A DNA stretch of 64,000 bases from Candidatus Oxydemutatoraceae bacterium (lineage in GTDB: Bacteria; Pseudomonadota; Gammaproteobacteria; Poriferisulfidales; Oxydemutatoraceae), in the NCBI GenBank assembly GCA_965219575.1, contig OZ244779.1:2220769-2284768 (forward strand), written 5' to 3'. Each line of letters starts with the position of its first letter. Positions within the stretch are counted from its first letter, which is position 1. Both the position numbers and the translations under genes were made by a program. Below, one piece after another: positions 20,800 to 30,584 of the stretch. The notes below the pieces were generated by a model that ran no database searches, was not told where the DNA came from, and was given only the letters and a program-made list of their open reading frames with translations.

Positions 20800-23700
20800 C
20801 TATGAATTGTGTAATGTTCTACGACGACGACTAGCTGTCCCGATTAGTAGCAGTACCAATGCCCCTACCAGAAGCAGCGCATCGCTAGTGCCGATAGCAC
20901 CACCGCCACCTCCTCGGGTTCGCATACTAGTAAACATATAATCAGACCTTCTTGCAAAACCATACCAACCAGGAGAGGAAGTTCTTAGAACTTCTCCCGG
21001 AGAGGATAACATTGGGTTGTCTGATATGCCAATCGGGTCAATTATTATACCGTCCTGACCACTTGCATCGTAGATACTATCATCGGCGATAACCAGCATA
21101 ATACAATTATCTGCACTCGCCTCAAAGCCCATACCGTCATTCCCAGCAGGTTGATGATTATTTATATAGAATTGTAAATCCGTTGGGCATGCCTGATCAA
21201 TCTCTGTACGTTTTATTGCGTACCAAGTATTACCTGCCGCAGAATCTCCTACGGAGCGATCGTCTCTACTACCATATTTGGCGATATATAAGGTTGGACC
21301 TATGTCCATTATATCATCTGTCGTTATTGGGAATGTCACATAGACCACACCTCCGGTTATCTCAATTTGGTCATTATCGTCAGTTTCAAAGCCATACTCT
21401 ACATTAGAAACTCCGAATGTTGCAAATGATCGTATACCTGCTTCTTCACTTCCTGTAATTTCGGTAAGCCTAAGTACCCTTTCTCTGCTTTCACCGATAG
21501 CTATATTGGCTGCTGAATAATCAATCACACTTCTGCCACCTTCATTATCTGCATTTATAAGTCCTATATGGGTAAAAAATACCGGTAGTGGGGCTTGCTC
21601 ATTACCAGCATGAGCTCTTAAAACGTCTACATTTCGTGGTCCGCGTCCAGTATCAACGGGTAATGTTGTTTCAGTGAAGTTATCTCTAGTAAATAATGAA
21701 TCACTAGCATCCACTATATTATAGGTATTTGGCTCCGTAGGTGATACCAGATAAATTGCTCGAATGTTCGATATATTACCAATTTCGCTCCAGCCAGCAG
21801 TGATTGTGCCGGTAGTCGCTTCACTATTTACCATTATTTCTATAGCTTCTTGATGCTCTCCTGTAAAACTTAGACTGCTTGTTCTCATAGTCAATTGAGT
21901 AGCCGAAGTTTCACTAATAGTATAGCCAGAAACCAGCATTGGATTAGCTACTATCCTATTTCGCGGTATTCCATTTTCTATATTCGTATCGTAATCGGCT
22001 ATCACATAGTAACTTCTACCTGCGATTACAGAACTCACTATCTTTGATTCATCAATATCGTATAGCACTATCTGGCGTATCCTTGTGATTTCCGGATCAT
22101 CCGAACCAGCCACTCTTACATCTATATTGTTATTAGGACCTATTGCATAGTTGAAACTTGAAAGATTACGTCCACCTTCCATTAGTGATATAGTGGCACT
22201 GGTTGGAACCCATATATTAGCTTCTTGTCCTGCTTGTAACCAGTGAACTATGGTTTCTCCCGGCATCGGACTATTAGGAGAGGCTATAGTGTATTGATTA
22301 TTAACTATTTCATTTTGAAATATCACCCTTTGAGGATCATCACTTTCTAGTACTGTCAGTGTCAGATCCGTTTGACCTCCGCTATTATTCGGGTTAGAAG
22401 ATCGAGTTCTCACCCTTACCATAGGATTCGCTGTTTCATCGCCAAGAAACGCTGAAATAAAGACAGTTGCAGTAGTGGCTTCCGCAAATATATATGATGA
22501 TTGTCCCGAGAAGTTTATTTCCGGCAATACACTCAAGTTATAACCAAAGTAACCTGATTCTGTGGTTATTTCTGTAGATGTTGTGGATACTTGCAGTATT
22601 TCGTCTACGACGGTTACCCAAATATATTCTTGATTAGAGCGAGGTGATTCGTTAGCAAAACTAAACACCCTATTATCTTGACAAAACTCATCTATTTTGA
22701 CTTTGTTCAAATTATATTCTAAAGCTTCATCTAATACCATCTCACATTCACCTTTAGAAGGCCCATATCTGAATATTTGAGTGTCATCATTGGTATTTAT
22801 GCCAAAATATTCATCCGAACTAATCCTTTCAAATGTCTGCTTGCCGGAAAAATCAGGGTCTACAAAAGTAAACTCTCCTTCTCCGATCAGGCTACGTATT
22901 ACCGTCTCCCGACTGAAATGTCCATCTCTTCGTGAAGGGGTAAATGCTCTGTCGGCTCCCCCGGTTGTCTCCGGATTCAGAGTAGCAACGGCTACATTAA
23001 ATGGCGAACTGTCGACTATATCCGGCACACCATCTTGATCCATATCCCTTCTTAGTTCCGCCATACATGTTGCCTCATTCCTTACACCGTCAGACGTAGT
23101 ATAAACAGCCGTAATGTCTCGATCTGATGTAATCTCTCCATCTGGATCATTATCTCCGAATATATCTACGGAAAAGTTTCGAGATATACTGGGGTTTTCT
23201 ATCTCCAAGCCGCCTATCGTCAGTGTACCCTCAAAGTCATTCTCGTCTAATTCAAAGTATAGCGTTCGCTGACCTATGTTCGGATAGAACGATGCACAGC
23301 TCAAAGACGACAGCGTTCTTTGAACTGAGGCAAAAAATGGATCATTCATACCTAAGTCTCGCAGTTGCCCTGGGACGATATTTAGCGTATAGCTCCTTAT
23401 ATCACTAACGCTTCGATCTCCAAGATCAACTGTATAGACAACCCTCACTTGCGTTGTGCCTGTACCTGTTAGTGGTGTCACGCTGGTTGGAGTTGTTATG
23501 GCATTTATACCCATTACATTAATATTGTAAGACGCTCTGTTAACTAGATTTGGAACAGGTTCATCGGACTCAACATCAAATGTTATAGTAAAAGAAGCTG
23601 CCTCCATATCATCTCTTGTGTCCCTTACATTGCTGATTTCTATCTCAGCACCAATTGCATCAGGTATCACTAATGCATCTCTCAGTTCGGTTTGGTAATC

Positions 23701-25224
23701 TTCTACCACTCTAAAGGTTTCACCAAAGACGGCATTACGCCTAAATTCTATGGACCGTCTTTCTCCACCTCTCTTAAATGGTGAATTTAATTCATTCGTA
23801 TCAGGTATATCTTCAAATGCAAATGTCAGTTGAGTCGATGTCGTGATTGCCACTTGAGTTGATGCCGTGATAGTAATAGGTATTGTAGGTAGCGGATCAT
23901 CGTCGTCTTCTTGCACTGGCACACATAATCCATTCTCTTCGGTTACACATAGATAATCATTAGCATTGCCAGCTGGTGGAACTCTAATCGGAATACGAAA
24001 AGATATAGTATGCTCATTCCTACTCCTACTAGACACAACGTTAGTGGCTGTAGGTGCTCCCGTATCGTGAAACAGCGATGCTACAAAATTACCGGGAGCC
24101 AATGTTTCACCTTCTGCGTCTCTAATCACACTTGATATGTTTGTATTCTCGCTTATTGTAATCGTAGTTTGGGTGGTAATTCTTAAAACATCAAATGGGT
24201 TTTGTCCTGGTACATTATTTTTTTTGCCATCCACCGCTTGAGTAAATTCAACATTAGCATAACGGCTTCCTGATGTATGAATCACATTGTCTATTATACT
24301 ATCATCGTTTACATCAAGGCTAAAATGGCCTTTTTGTAGTTCAGTAAGAATAGGTTTAGAAAATTTAAGCCGCACTCCTTTTCCATCCCCATATCTCGTA
24401 TAATCTTCAACCCAAGTTTTACCATCCAGTCTGAAGCCTTGATAATCATTATTCGCCAATGCTAGTGCTGTTCTAATATCTGCGGTTCTAGCACCAACCG
24501 GAAAATCACGAAATTCTGATGATGAAATAACAAACACCAACCCTGCATCATTATCTTTATTATCTTTTCCTGTTACTACTGGCTCTGGTGGAATCATACA
24601 GCTTAACGTTATGAGGTCCTGCCACCTATTAGTTATTTGGCTAAATCCACTGGCTGGAGCGGATGAAACACCACCAGTGATTTCATTGGCATTCGCCAAC
24701 TCTAAAATAAGTTCATCTGGAGGACCACCATTATCGAAAAAGGTGGCATAGTTATCAAAGCCCTCTGTTGTTTGCCCTGTAATAAGGTCACCACGGGTGA
24801 CACGGCATTGGGCTTCTGAATTAGGTGTTCCAGAATTGTATTGTCTTTGGACAACATTCAAAAACAAAGGTGGCGTATCTAAATTACTACCTAATGCAGA
24901 ATTATTGAATTGCAAATTAAAACGCGCAGTATTTAAATAGCGAACACTATCACCTGTTTTTTTGAATTGTATTGTAAACTGAAATCTATTGCCTTCGTCC
25001 GTAAGGGCTATGGAATTAGGCTCGGCTATGGAATTAGGCTTGAATCGCATAAGAAGTAATCCAGCCTCTGCTGGCTGGCATGCGGTAAAACCTGAACCCC
25101 CACATGAAACACCGTCTGTTTCCGTAAAACGGCTTTGAACATAACTTACTGTTTGAGCTTGAGTATTCAAACCATATAGCATCATGAATACAAATACTAT
25201 TATAGTAAAACTTTTTTTCATCAT
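20800..25224 (-). CDS. Large secreted surface protein: cohesin-like N-domain, TSP3-like Ca motif, choice-of-anchor-U-like domain, GlyGly-CTERM anchor
   Basis: AAGGAG RBS then MMKKSF signal peptide; DMDQDGVPDIVD; CIMLVIADDSIYDASGQDGIIIDP; C-terminus GGGGGAIG + hydrophobic helix + RRRR. Confidence 0.85.
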   Translation of the reverse strand: MMKKSFTIIVFVFMMLYGLNTQAQTVSYVQSRFTETDGVSCGGSGFTACQPAEAGLLLMRFKPNSIAEPNSIALTDEGNRFQFTIQFKKTGDSVRYLNTARFNLQFNNSALGSNLDTPPLFLNVVQRQYNSGTPNSEAQCRVTRGDLITGQTTEGFDNYATFFDNGGPPDELILELANANEITGGVSSAPASGFSQITNRWQDLITLSCMIPPEPVVTGKDNKDNDAGLVFVISSSEFRDFPVGARTADIRTALALANNDYQGFRLDGKTWVEDYTRYGDGKGVRLKFSKPILTELQKGHFSLDVNDDSIIDNVIHTSGSRYANVEFTQAVDGKKNNVPGQNPFDVLRITTQTTITISENTNISSVIRDAEGETLAPGNFVASLFHDTGAPTATNVVSSRSRNEHTISFRIPIRVPPAGNANDYLCVTEENGLCVPVQEDDDDPLPTIPITITASTQVAITTSTQLTFAFEDIPDTNELNSPFKRGGERRSIEFRRNAVFGETFRVVEDYQTELRDALVIPDAIGAEIEISNVRDTRDDMEAASFTITFDVESDEPVPNLVNRASYNINVMGINAITTPTSVTPLTGTGTTQVRVVYTVDLGDRSVSDIRSYTLNIVPGQLRDLGMNDPFFASVQRTLSSLSCASFYPNIGQRTLYFELDENDFEGTLTIGGLEIENPSISRNFSVDIFGDNDPDGEITSDRDITAVYTTSDGVRNEATCMAELRRDMDQDGVPDIVDSSPFNVAVATLNPETTGGADRAFTPSRRDGHFSRETVIRSLIGEGEFTFVDPDFSGKQTFERISSDEYFGINTNDDTQIFRYGPSKGECEMVLDEALEYNLNKVKIDEFCQDNRVFSFANESPRSNQEYIWVTVVDEILQVSTTSTEITTESGYFGYNLSVLPEINFSGQSSYIFAEATTATVFISAFLGDETANPMVRVRTRSSNPNNSGGQTDLTLTVLESDDPQRVIFQNEIVNNQYTIASPNSPMPGETIVHWLQAGQEANIWVPTSATISLMEGGRNLSSFNYAIGPNNNIDVRVAGSDDPEITRIRQIVLYDIDESKIVSSVIAGRSYYVIADYDTNIENGIPRNRIVANPMLVSGYTISETSATQLTMRTSSLSFTGEHQEAIEIMVNSEATTGTITAGWSEIGNISNIRAIYLVSPTEPNTYNIVDASDSLFTRDNFTETTLPVDTGRGPRNVDVLRAHAGNEQAPLPVFFTHIGLINADNEGGRSVIDYSAANIAIGESRERVLRLTEITGSEEAGIRSFATFGVSNVEYGFETDDNDQIEITGGVVYVTFPITTDDIMDIGPTLYIAKYGSRDDRSVGDSAAGNTWYAIKRTEIDQACPTDLQFYINNHQPAGNDGMGFEASADNCIMLVIADDSIYDASGQDGIIIDPIGISDNPMLSSPGEVLRTSSPGWYGFARRSDYMFTSMRTRGGGGGAIGTSDALLLVGALVLLLIGTASRRRRTLHNS

Positions 25225-25287
25225 TACTCCTTGATTATTTGAAATTGATAGCATTATTCATAAAAAAACACAACAATTGTTTCCTAC

Positions 25288-26157
25288 TTACCTTAATATA
25301 GCAGTAGGTCTCTGACCTGAATTAGGCTGTATTTTAGAGAAAAATTCTGTGGCACCTTCTACCAAGCCATTTAAATTAGTATCACCACGACTATACCCCG
25401 GCTGATTGGGGAAAGGTTGAACTCCGTCAAAATAGTCTGCCGTGCTAACTAGACCGCCCAAACCGCTGGCGGCATCGCCAGACCGCATCACATGAATTGT
25501 CTCGCCACTAATAGTTAACTCTTTAGTTCCACCATCGAAAGTTCTGTCTCCTCTATCACTGAAGTCATATACATACTTGCCATCATTTTCTGATAGCATC
25601 TCATCTGAAATGATGTCTATATGATTTCTATGACGAATCGCCAAATATAATTGATCATCACCGATTAGATCATCAAAGCTAGCTTGATCAAAGACAACAT
25701 CAGGGCAATTACCCGTACCTGTGACAGCATCATCAGTATTGTCGTCGCCACTCACTGTTGAAGCAGTACAATTCCCTGTATATGCTTCTGCATCCACAAC
25801 GCGGCCGTTTTGTAACAGAAATGCAGGCTTACGGGCAATAACTGTTGTAGCATTATTAGCATCTCCGCTTGTTGCAGTCCGTAACTCAACCAACACCCAA
25901 TCTATCACTCCAGTTGGAATTTGCGACAGAGGATTCGCAGGAACACGAGTGCATAGCCTTGATCTATCTGCCGATGCCCCTTCATTTACACTACTAGTGT
26001 GGTAATTGCCATCGCAATATACATCTTGTAGTGGTATTGTAGAAGAGAAGCGAGCTGGAACATTCATTAGAACTTGAGCATTGCTCATGCTTGGTAGCAT
26101 TAAAACTACAACCAATAAGAAATATTGTTTAATAATTAACCTGATTCTATTTTTCAT
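25288..26157 (-). CDS. Secreted protein with a Bacteroidota-type 'DWVLVELR/HRNH' domain and a dockerin-like C-terminus
   Basis: Signal peptide; VIDWVLVELR, KPAFLLQNGRVVD, LYLAIRHRNH, YDFS, MRSGDA..G.V...DY, GYSRGDTNLNGLV. Confidence 0.75.
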   Translation of the reverse strand: MKNRIRLIIKQYFLLVVVLMLPSMSNAQVLMNVPARFSSTIPLQDVYCDGNYHTSSVNEGASADRSRLCTRVPANPLSQIPTGVIDWVLVELRTATSGDANNATTVIARKPAFLLQNGRVVDAEAYTGNCTASTVSGDDNTDDAVTGTGNCPDVVFDQASFDDLIGDDQLYLAIRHRNHIDIISDEMLSENDGKYVYDFSDRGDRTFDGGTKELTISGETIHVMRSGDAASGLGGLVSTADYFDGVQPFPNQPGYSRGDTNLNGLVEGATEFFSKIQPNSGQRPTAILR

Positions 26158-26396
26158 TTTATACCTCTATATATGCTTTTAGATTAACATTATTATAACT
26201 ATGTAACCTTTTTCATATCGTTATTATATCCCTATTCATGCAATAATCAATATATAAAAATGGCTTTTTTATTACTATCAACGGCAATAATACCACTATG
26301 CTTCGGCACTGTCAATAAAAACACCATTTGTTACGGCAGGGCAAATGGTATCACGCTTATGCAAAATCTCGGCATAGTTTATACCTCGCATATCTC

Positions 26397-26807
26397 TTAT
26401 AACTCGGGAATGTCTGCATCCTGGATTGTTTCTCCGCCGGCATTCAACCATGCATTCAATCCGCCGTTGAGATAGCAGACATTATCAAAGCCCATTTGCT
26501 TGAGCCGCCATGCCGCCAATGCCGAGCGAGGTCCCTTTGCACAATATAGAACCAAGCGTTTGTTTTGGTCAAAGGCTTGGTTATAGTACGGGCTGTCGGG
26601 GTCTGCCATAAACTCAAGCATGCCTCTTGATGCACCCACTGCATTTTTTATCATTCCCGTACTTGTCCACTCGTTCGAATCGCGCACATCAATGAATTGT
26701 GCATCACCCTCTGCAACGATTTTTTTTGCATCGTCTATTTCCAACGCCACAACATTGTTCATAGCTTCTTCCAAAAAATCTTTGACGCTTTTTTGCAGTG
26801 TAGGCAT
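26397..26807 (-). CDS. Single-domain rhodanese-like protein
   Basis: FIDVRD..EW..G.I..A, YCAKGPRS, L.GGLNAW. Confidence 0.9.
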   Translation of the reverse strand: MPTLQKSVKDFLEEAMNNVVALEIDDAKKIVAEGDAQFIDVRDSNEWTSTGMIKNAVGASRGMLEFMADPDSPYYNQAFDQNKRLVLYCAKGPRSALAAWRLKQMGFDNVCYLNGGLNAWLNAGGETIQDADIPEL

Positions 26808-26889
26808 TTAACTATTCCTTAAAATTGGTAATTTAACTTAGGGTGTAAGTATATCATTTTTGAGGATGTTGTGTACGGTTGGTTTGCGT

Positions 26890-27060
26890 GAGTTGAATGG
26901 ATGAATATATTAATTGTGCGGACGTGTAAGGTTATTGAAAAAGTATTTTATGAAATTGTACACCAGTTAATTCATGGAAACCAAAACCATATGGCGCAAG
27001 CGGTTGAGTTTATGCAAACATGATACATGTTCGGGCGGACATGCAAGTCCGCCCCTACAA
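26890..27060. repeat. Degenerate composite repeat
   Basis: ATGGAAACCAAAACCATATGGCGCAAGCGGTT and GGGCGGAC..GTCCGCCCCTAC. Confidence 0.85.
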
Positions 27061-27080
27061 GGGAAGGAATGGTGGTGGTT

Positions 27081-28553
27081 CTATTCTAGGGTGACGGCGA
27101 TGACTTCGTCCAGGGTGGTCTCGCCTTTGAGGGCGTATTCGCAACCGATGATGCGGAGGTCTTTGTTGTTTTCATAGACATGGCGTTTCATTTCTATCTC
27201 GCTTGCGCCGTCGTGCACCATTTGTTTGAGCATATCGTCTATGGTGACCAAATCGAACAATCCGAAGCGACCGGTGTATCCGGTATGGTTGCATGCTTCG
27301 CAACCTTTAGGTCTGTAGACGGTTTTGCCTTCAAATAGTTCCGGGTTCAATCCCGAGAAACGAAGTTCTTCGGCATCGGGTGTATAGGGTTCTTTGCAAT
27401 GCGGGCACAGGCGGCGGACTAGGCGTTGTGCAAGTATGCCTTGCAGGGTGGCGGTGAGTAGAAACGGTTCCACACCCATATCACCCAAGCGGGTGACTGC
27501 GCCGATGGCGGTGTTGGTGTGTAGCGTCGACAACACAAGGTGTCCGGTCAGGCTTGCTTGGGTTGCGATGGTTGCGGTTTCGCTGTCTCTGATTTCCCCG
27601 ATTAGCACGACATCCGGGTCTTGTCTAAGAATTGCCCGCAGGCCGCGAGCGAAAGTCATATCGGCTTTGGTGTTGACTTGGGTCTGGCTAATTCCCTCAA
27701 AGTTGTATTCAATGGGGTCTTCTATGGTCATGATGTTGCGCTGGTGGCGATCGACTTCGGCGAGGGCTGCGTATAGGGTTGTGGTTTTCCCGGAACCCGT
27801 AGGTCCGGTGACCAGAACGATTCCGTGCGGTCGGTTGATTAAACTCTTGAAATAGGCTTTGAGGTCTTTCTCCATGCCGAGTTCGTCCAAGCCGATATGC
27901 TCGCTTTGTTTGTCCAATACACGCAAGACCACCCGTTCACCGTAGCTGGACGGCAATGTAGATACTCGCAGGTCGACATTACGCCCACCCAAGCGCACGG
28001 TGATGCGTCCGTCTTGTGGCAGGCGTTTTTCGGCAATGTCCAGACGCGCCAGCACTTTGATGCGCGAGACCAACAACGGCGCAAGTTTGGCCGATGAGGT
28101 CAGTATGGTTCGCAACACGCCGTTCAAGCGAAAGCGGATATGGAGTTCTCGCTCGTAGGGTTCTATATGTATATCGGAGGCTTTCTCGCGGATCGCCTCG
28201 AAGAAAATCGCATTGAGCATTTTGATTACCGGGGCATCGTCTTCGGTACTCAATAGGTCTTCGGGTTCTTCAAACGCTGCGGCAACTTCGTCCATGCCCA
28301 TCACGCTCTCCTGCACATCGTCCATAATGGACAGGCTACCGGATTGATTGGCATAGTTTTTTTGTAATTGTTGGTCAAACTCGCCGGTTTCTAAAATTCG
28401 TATAGAAAATTCGCGTTTGTATAGTCGGCGTGCTTCTTGTAGTGCTTGCGGTTGGGTATCGGCTCTGCAATAGAGTACGATTTCTTGGTCGCTCGTCGGA
28501 CCGACGAATATGCCGTGTCGTTGGGCAAATGAGAAAGGTAGTCGTGCGTCCAT
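27081..28553 (-). CDS. gspE: Type II secretion ATPase
   Basis: ASDIHIEP, LDIAEKRLPQDGR, GPTGSGKTTT, LRQDPDV, CPHC..GCEAC Zn motif, N-terminal LPFSFA. Confidence 0.95.
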   Translation of the reverse strand: MDARLPFSFAQRHGIFVGPTSDQEIVLYCRADTQPQALQEARRLYKREFSIRILETGEFDQQLQKNYANQSGSLSIMDDVQESVMGMDEVAAAFEEPEDLLSTEDDAPVIKMLNAIFFEAIREKASDIHIEPYERELHIRFRLNGVLRTILTSSAKLAPLLVSRIKVLARLDIAEKRLPQDGRITVRLGGRNVDLRVSTLPSSYGERVVLRVLDKQSEHIGLDELGMEKDLKAYFKSLINRPHGIVLVTGPTGSGKTTTLYAALAEVDRHQRNIMTIEDPIEYNFEGISQTQVNTKADMTFARGLRAILRQDPDVVLIGEIRDSETATIATQASLTGHLVLSTLHTNTAIGAVTRLGDMGVEPFLLTATLQGILAQRLVRRLCPHCKEPYTPDAEELRFSGLNPELFEGKTVYRPKGCEACNHTGYTGRFGLFDLVTIDDMLKQMVHDGASEIEMKRHVYENNKDLRIIGCEYALKGETTLDEVIAVTLE

Positions 28554-28566
28554 TTAATGTATCAAT

Positions 28567-28788
28567 TTACAGATATTTAATTATCCCTACGGCAATGCCT
28601 ACCACCACCACAATCAGCCATCGCATATACTTTAACTCCGTCTTTACCTCTGCAATAGCACTCTCTACCCTCACTATATCCATTTTAGTTGCCACATCCT
28701 TTGAATTTACAATATCGGTTACAACCTCCTTAGCCTCGTCATCGGATAAGTCGGGTATTTTCTTTAGTGCCTCATACAGGGCTATCAT
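28567..28788 (-). CDS. Small membrane-anchored coiled-coil protein (DUF1640/CCDC90-like)
   Basis: LYEAL...EAKE, VATKMDI, heptads, C-terminal TM; GAGG RBS. Confidence 0.7.
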   Translation of the reverse strand: MIALYEALKKIPDLSDDEAKEVVTDIVNSKDVATKMDIVRVESAIAEVKTELKYMRWLIVVVVGIAVGIIKYL

Positions 28789-28899
28789 AATAGTTCCTCA
28801 ATTAGTTATAATATGTCATCAGATTATAGCGTAGGTTGAAGCAATTTAGCATCCTCTGCCATAAATTATTAAAATTATTTTGTGCGACCGAAGCATGGA

Positions 28900-28946
28900 A
28901 ACCACCTCGTCAGGCGAAGCCTGCTACCCCTCCACAGGAAGGGAAC
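28900..28946. repeat. CCCCTCC/GGAGGGG hairpin module
   Basis: AACCACCTCGTCAGGCGAAGCCTGCTACCCCTCCACAGGAAGGGAA. Confidence 0.8.
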
Positions 28947-28972
28947 AATTTGGTTTCTACAGGTGGTCTCTG

Positions 28973-29208
28973 CTATAGATACTGTATCGCTAAAGTAGCG
29001 ATTGCGTTTAGTAAACCAACACCGGCTATTATTATCCCGGTAACTACATACAACTGCTTAAATATCTCTGCTTTGAAGTTTGCCAAATCGGTCTTAGTTG
29101 CCACTTCCTTTGAACTTGCAATATCAGTAACTGCTTCCTTTGCTTTTTGAGGAGGTAACACTATCTATCTATCTTTCTTAATGTTTCATATAAGGCAATT
29201 TCTGACAT
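28973..29208 (-). pseudogene. Frameshifted paralogue of 28567-28788
   Basis: AAGGAG RBS, ATG at 29208: MSEIALYETLRKID, interrupted at an (ATAG)3 tract (29161-29172); continues in another frame LPPQKAKEAVTDIASSKEVATKTD...TM. Confidence 0.75.
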
Positions 29209-29274
29209 TGTTTAGTACTCCTTAATTAAAAATTCTATTATCTCATAACTTCAAGTATTCCTTGTTTTTTCTTT

Positions 29275-29470
29275 AGACTTTTTTCAATAGCGCACGGTGG
29301 TTGGGTTTGTGCAGACACTTGAGACTGTTGAAAAAGTGCCGTTCTGCACGAACTCAACCGCTTGCGCCAAATGGTTTTGGTTTCATGAATTGGATGGCGT
29401 ACGATTTTATTTGTGCTAACACGGCGCAAGCGGTTGAAATTGTCCGGAAATAGTACTTCCCAACAGCCTC
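29275..29470. repeat. Composite repeat unit
   Basis: GACTGTTGAAAAAG..AACCGCTTGCGCC..GGCGCAAGCGGTT..CAACAGCC. Confidence 0.85.
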
Positions 29471-29510
29471 TTGTGCCGACACAATGCATAAGGACAGCTA
29501 CTTCGCAGTG

Positions 29511-30464
29511 TTATCCGAGCCGTTTAATCTCCTCAGCGGATAAACCCGTCACTTCGGAAATTGCCAAAACCTTATAGCCCTTTTGCAACATATTCAAGGC
29601 GATATTTCGAGCTTTTTTAACCTCACCTTTTTCAATGCCTTGTTCAATGCCCTGTTCAATGCCTTCCTCTATCAGTCCTTCCCTTTCCAAGTTGTATTCC
29701 AGCTTGTATCTGTCGTGGGCTATAGAATCCCACAGTTCTATCTCCTCTTCCGATACTTTCTCTAAATGCTCTAATGCCATCTTTATCTCTCCGTCTTGTG
29801 ATAAATGCGCTACCTGCTCGGGTGTCAAGTCCTTTGCGTGTTTCATAATATAGCACCACCTATCGGCCATATCAACTAGCTCTAAGTGGCTCTTGTTAAA
29901 TTTGTTTAGTTCCACTATCATTATCGTTAAATCCATCTTGAGTTTCTTATTCAGATGCTTAATCGATTTGATTTCTAGTTGGTCTATATGTTCGTCTGTG
30001 TCGCCAAATACCGTGAAGTCGGTGAATGCCAGCAAGTAGGTCGGACTAATCTTGCTATACTTTTGTCCACGGTTTACGACATGGGTATGCAACTGTGCCC
30101 AATAGAGCAACATTCTACCCAGAAAGTGTTTCTCACGATAGACCTGCATTTCTATGCTAACATTCTCGCCACTATTCAATTTGACATTGAGGTCTAGTAC
30201 GACTTGCTTGCCGTCCGGCGTGTTCGGTGGGATGACGCTGTCTTCCAGATGCAACTTATCGTCCGATTGACTCTGTGGTTGCTTTGCAGACTCGGACTCT
30301 GTGTTGTTTTTTCCAGGGTTCAGTATCACCATATCCGAGGCATTATCGGAGATCGGCAGGAAGCTCTTGATCAGCGAGAGCAGTACTTGTTTATTAGTTG
30401 AGAAGTATCTTTTGAAGACGCGGTCTTTAGTCAGTGGTAAATATTTTCTCTGTTCTTTGTTCAT
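29511..30464 (-). CDS. Rpn family PD-(D/E)XK nuclease / putative transposase
   Basis: D.VFKRYF, LDL.VKL..G..V.IEMQ, W.Y, C-terminal EEGIEQGIEQGIEKG..IA.NML..G...I..VTGLS.EEI. Confidence 0.9.
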   Translation of the reverse strand: MNKEQRKYLPLTKDRVFKRYFSTNKQVLLSLIKSFLPISDNASDMVILNPGKNNTESESAKQPQSQSDDKLHLEDSVIPPNTPDGKQVVLDLNVKLNSGENVSIEMQVYREKHFLGRMLLYWAQLHTHVVNRGQKYSKISPTYLLAFTDFTVFGDTDEHIDQLEIKSIKHLNKKLKMDLTIMIVELNKFNKSHLELVDMADRWCYIMKHAKDLTPEQVAHLSQDGEIKMALEHLEKVSEEEIELWDSIAHDRYKLEYNLEREGLIEEGIEQGIEQGIEKGEVKKARNIALNMLQKGYKVLAISEVTGLSAEEIKRLG

Positions 30465-30584
30465 GAAACCTCCTATAAGTTTTGGTTAAAACTCATAGGG
30501 TGAACGAATATTTAGGGTGTGGGGAGACATTCCGATGAACGGTAGCAGATATTAGATAAACGGTAAGATGTTGTGCAGATACAC

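Noticed and set aside
25005-25040. 18-bp direct repeat (PNSIAE-PNSIAL) in the large surface protein
   Set aside because: A single short in-frame duplication, with no sign of a diversity-generating mechanism and no reverse transcriptase nearby.
29511-30464. Rpn as the transposase mobilising the repeats
   Set aside because: It is a PD-(D/E)XK protein, not HUH or DDE; proximity alone is uninformative because the repeats flank many genes.
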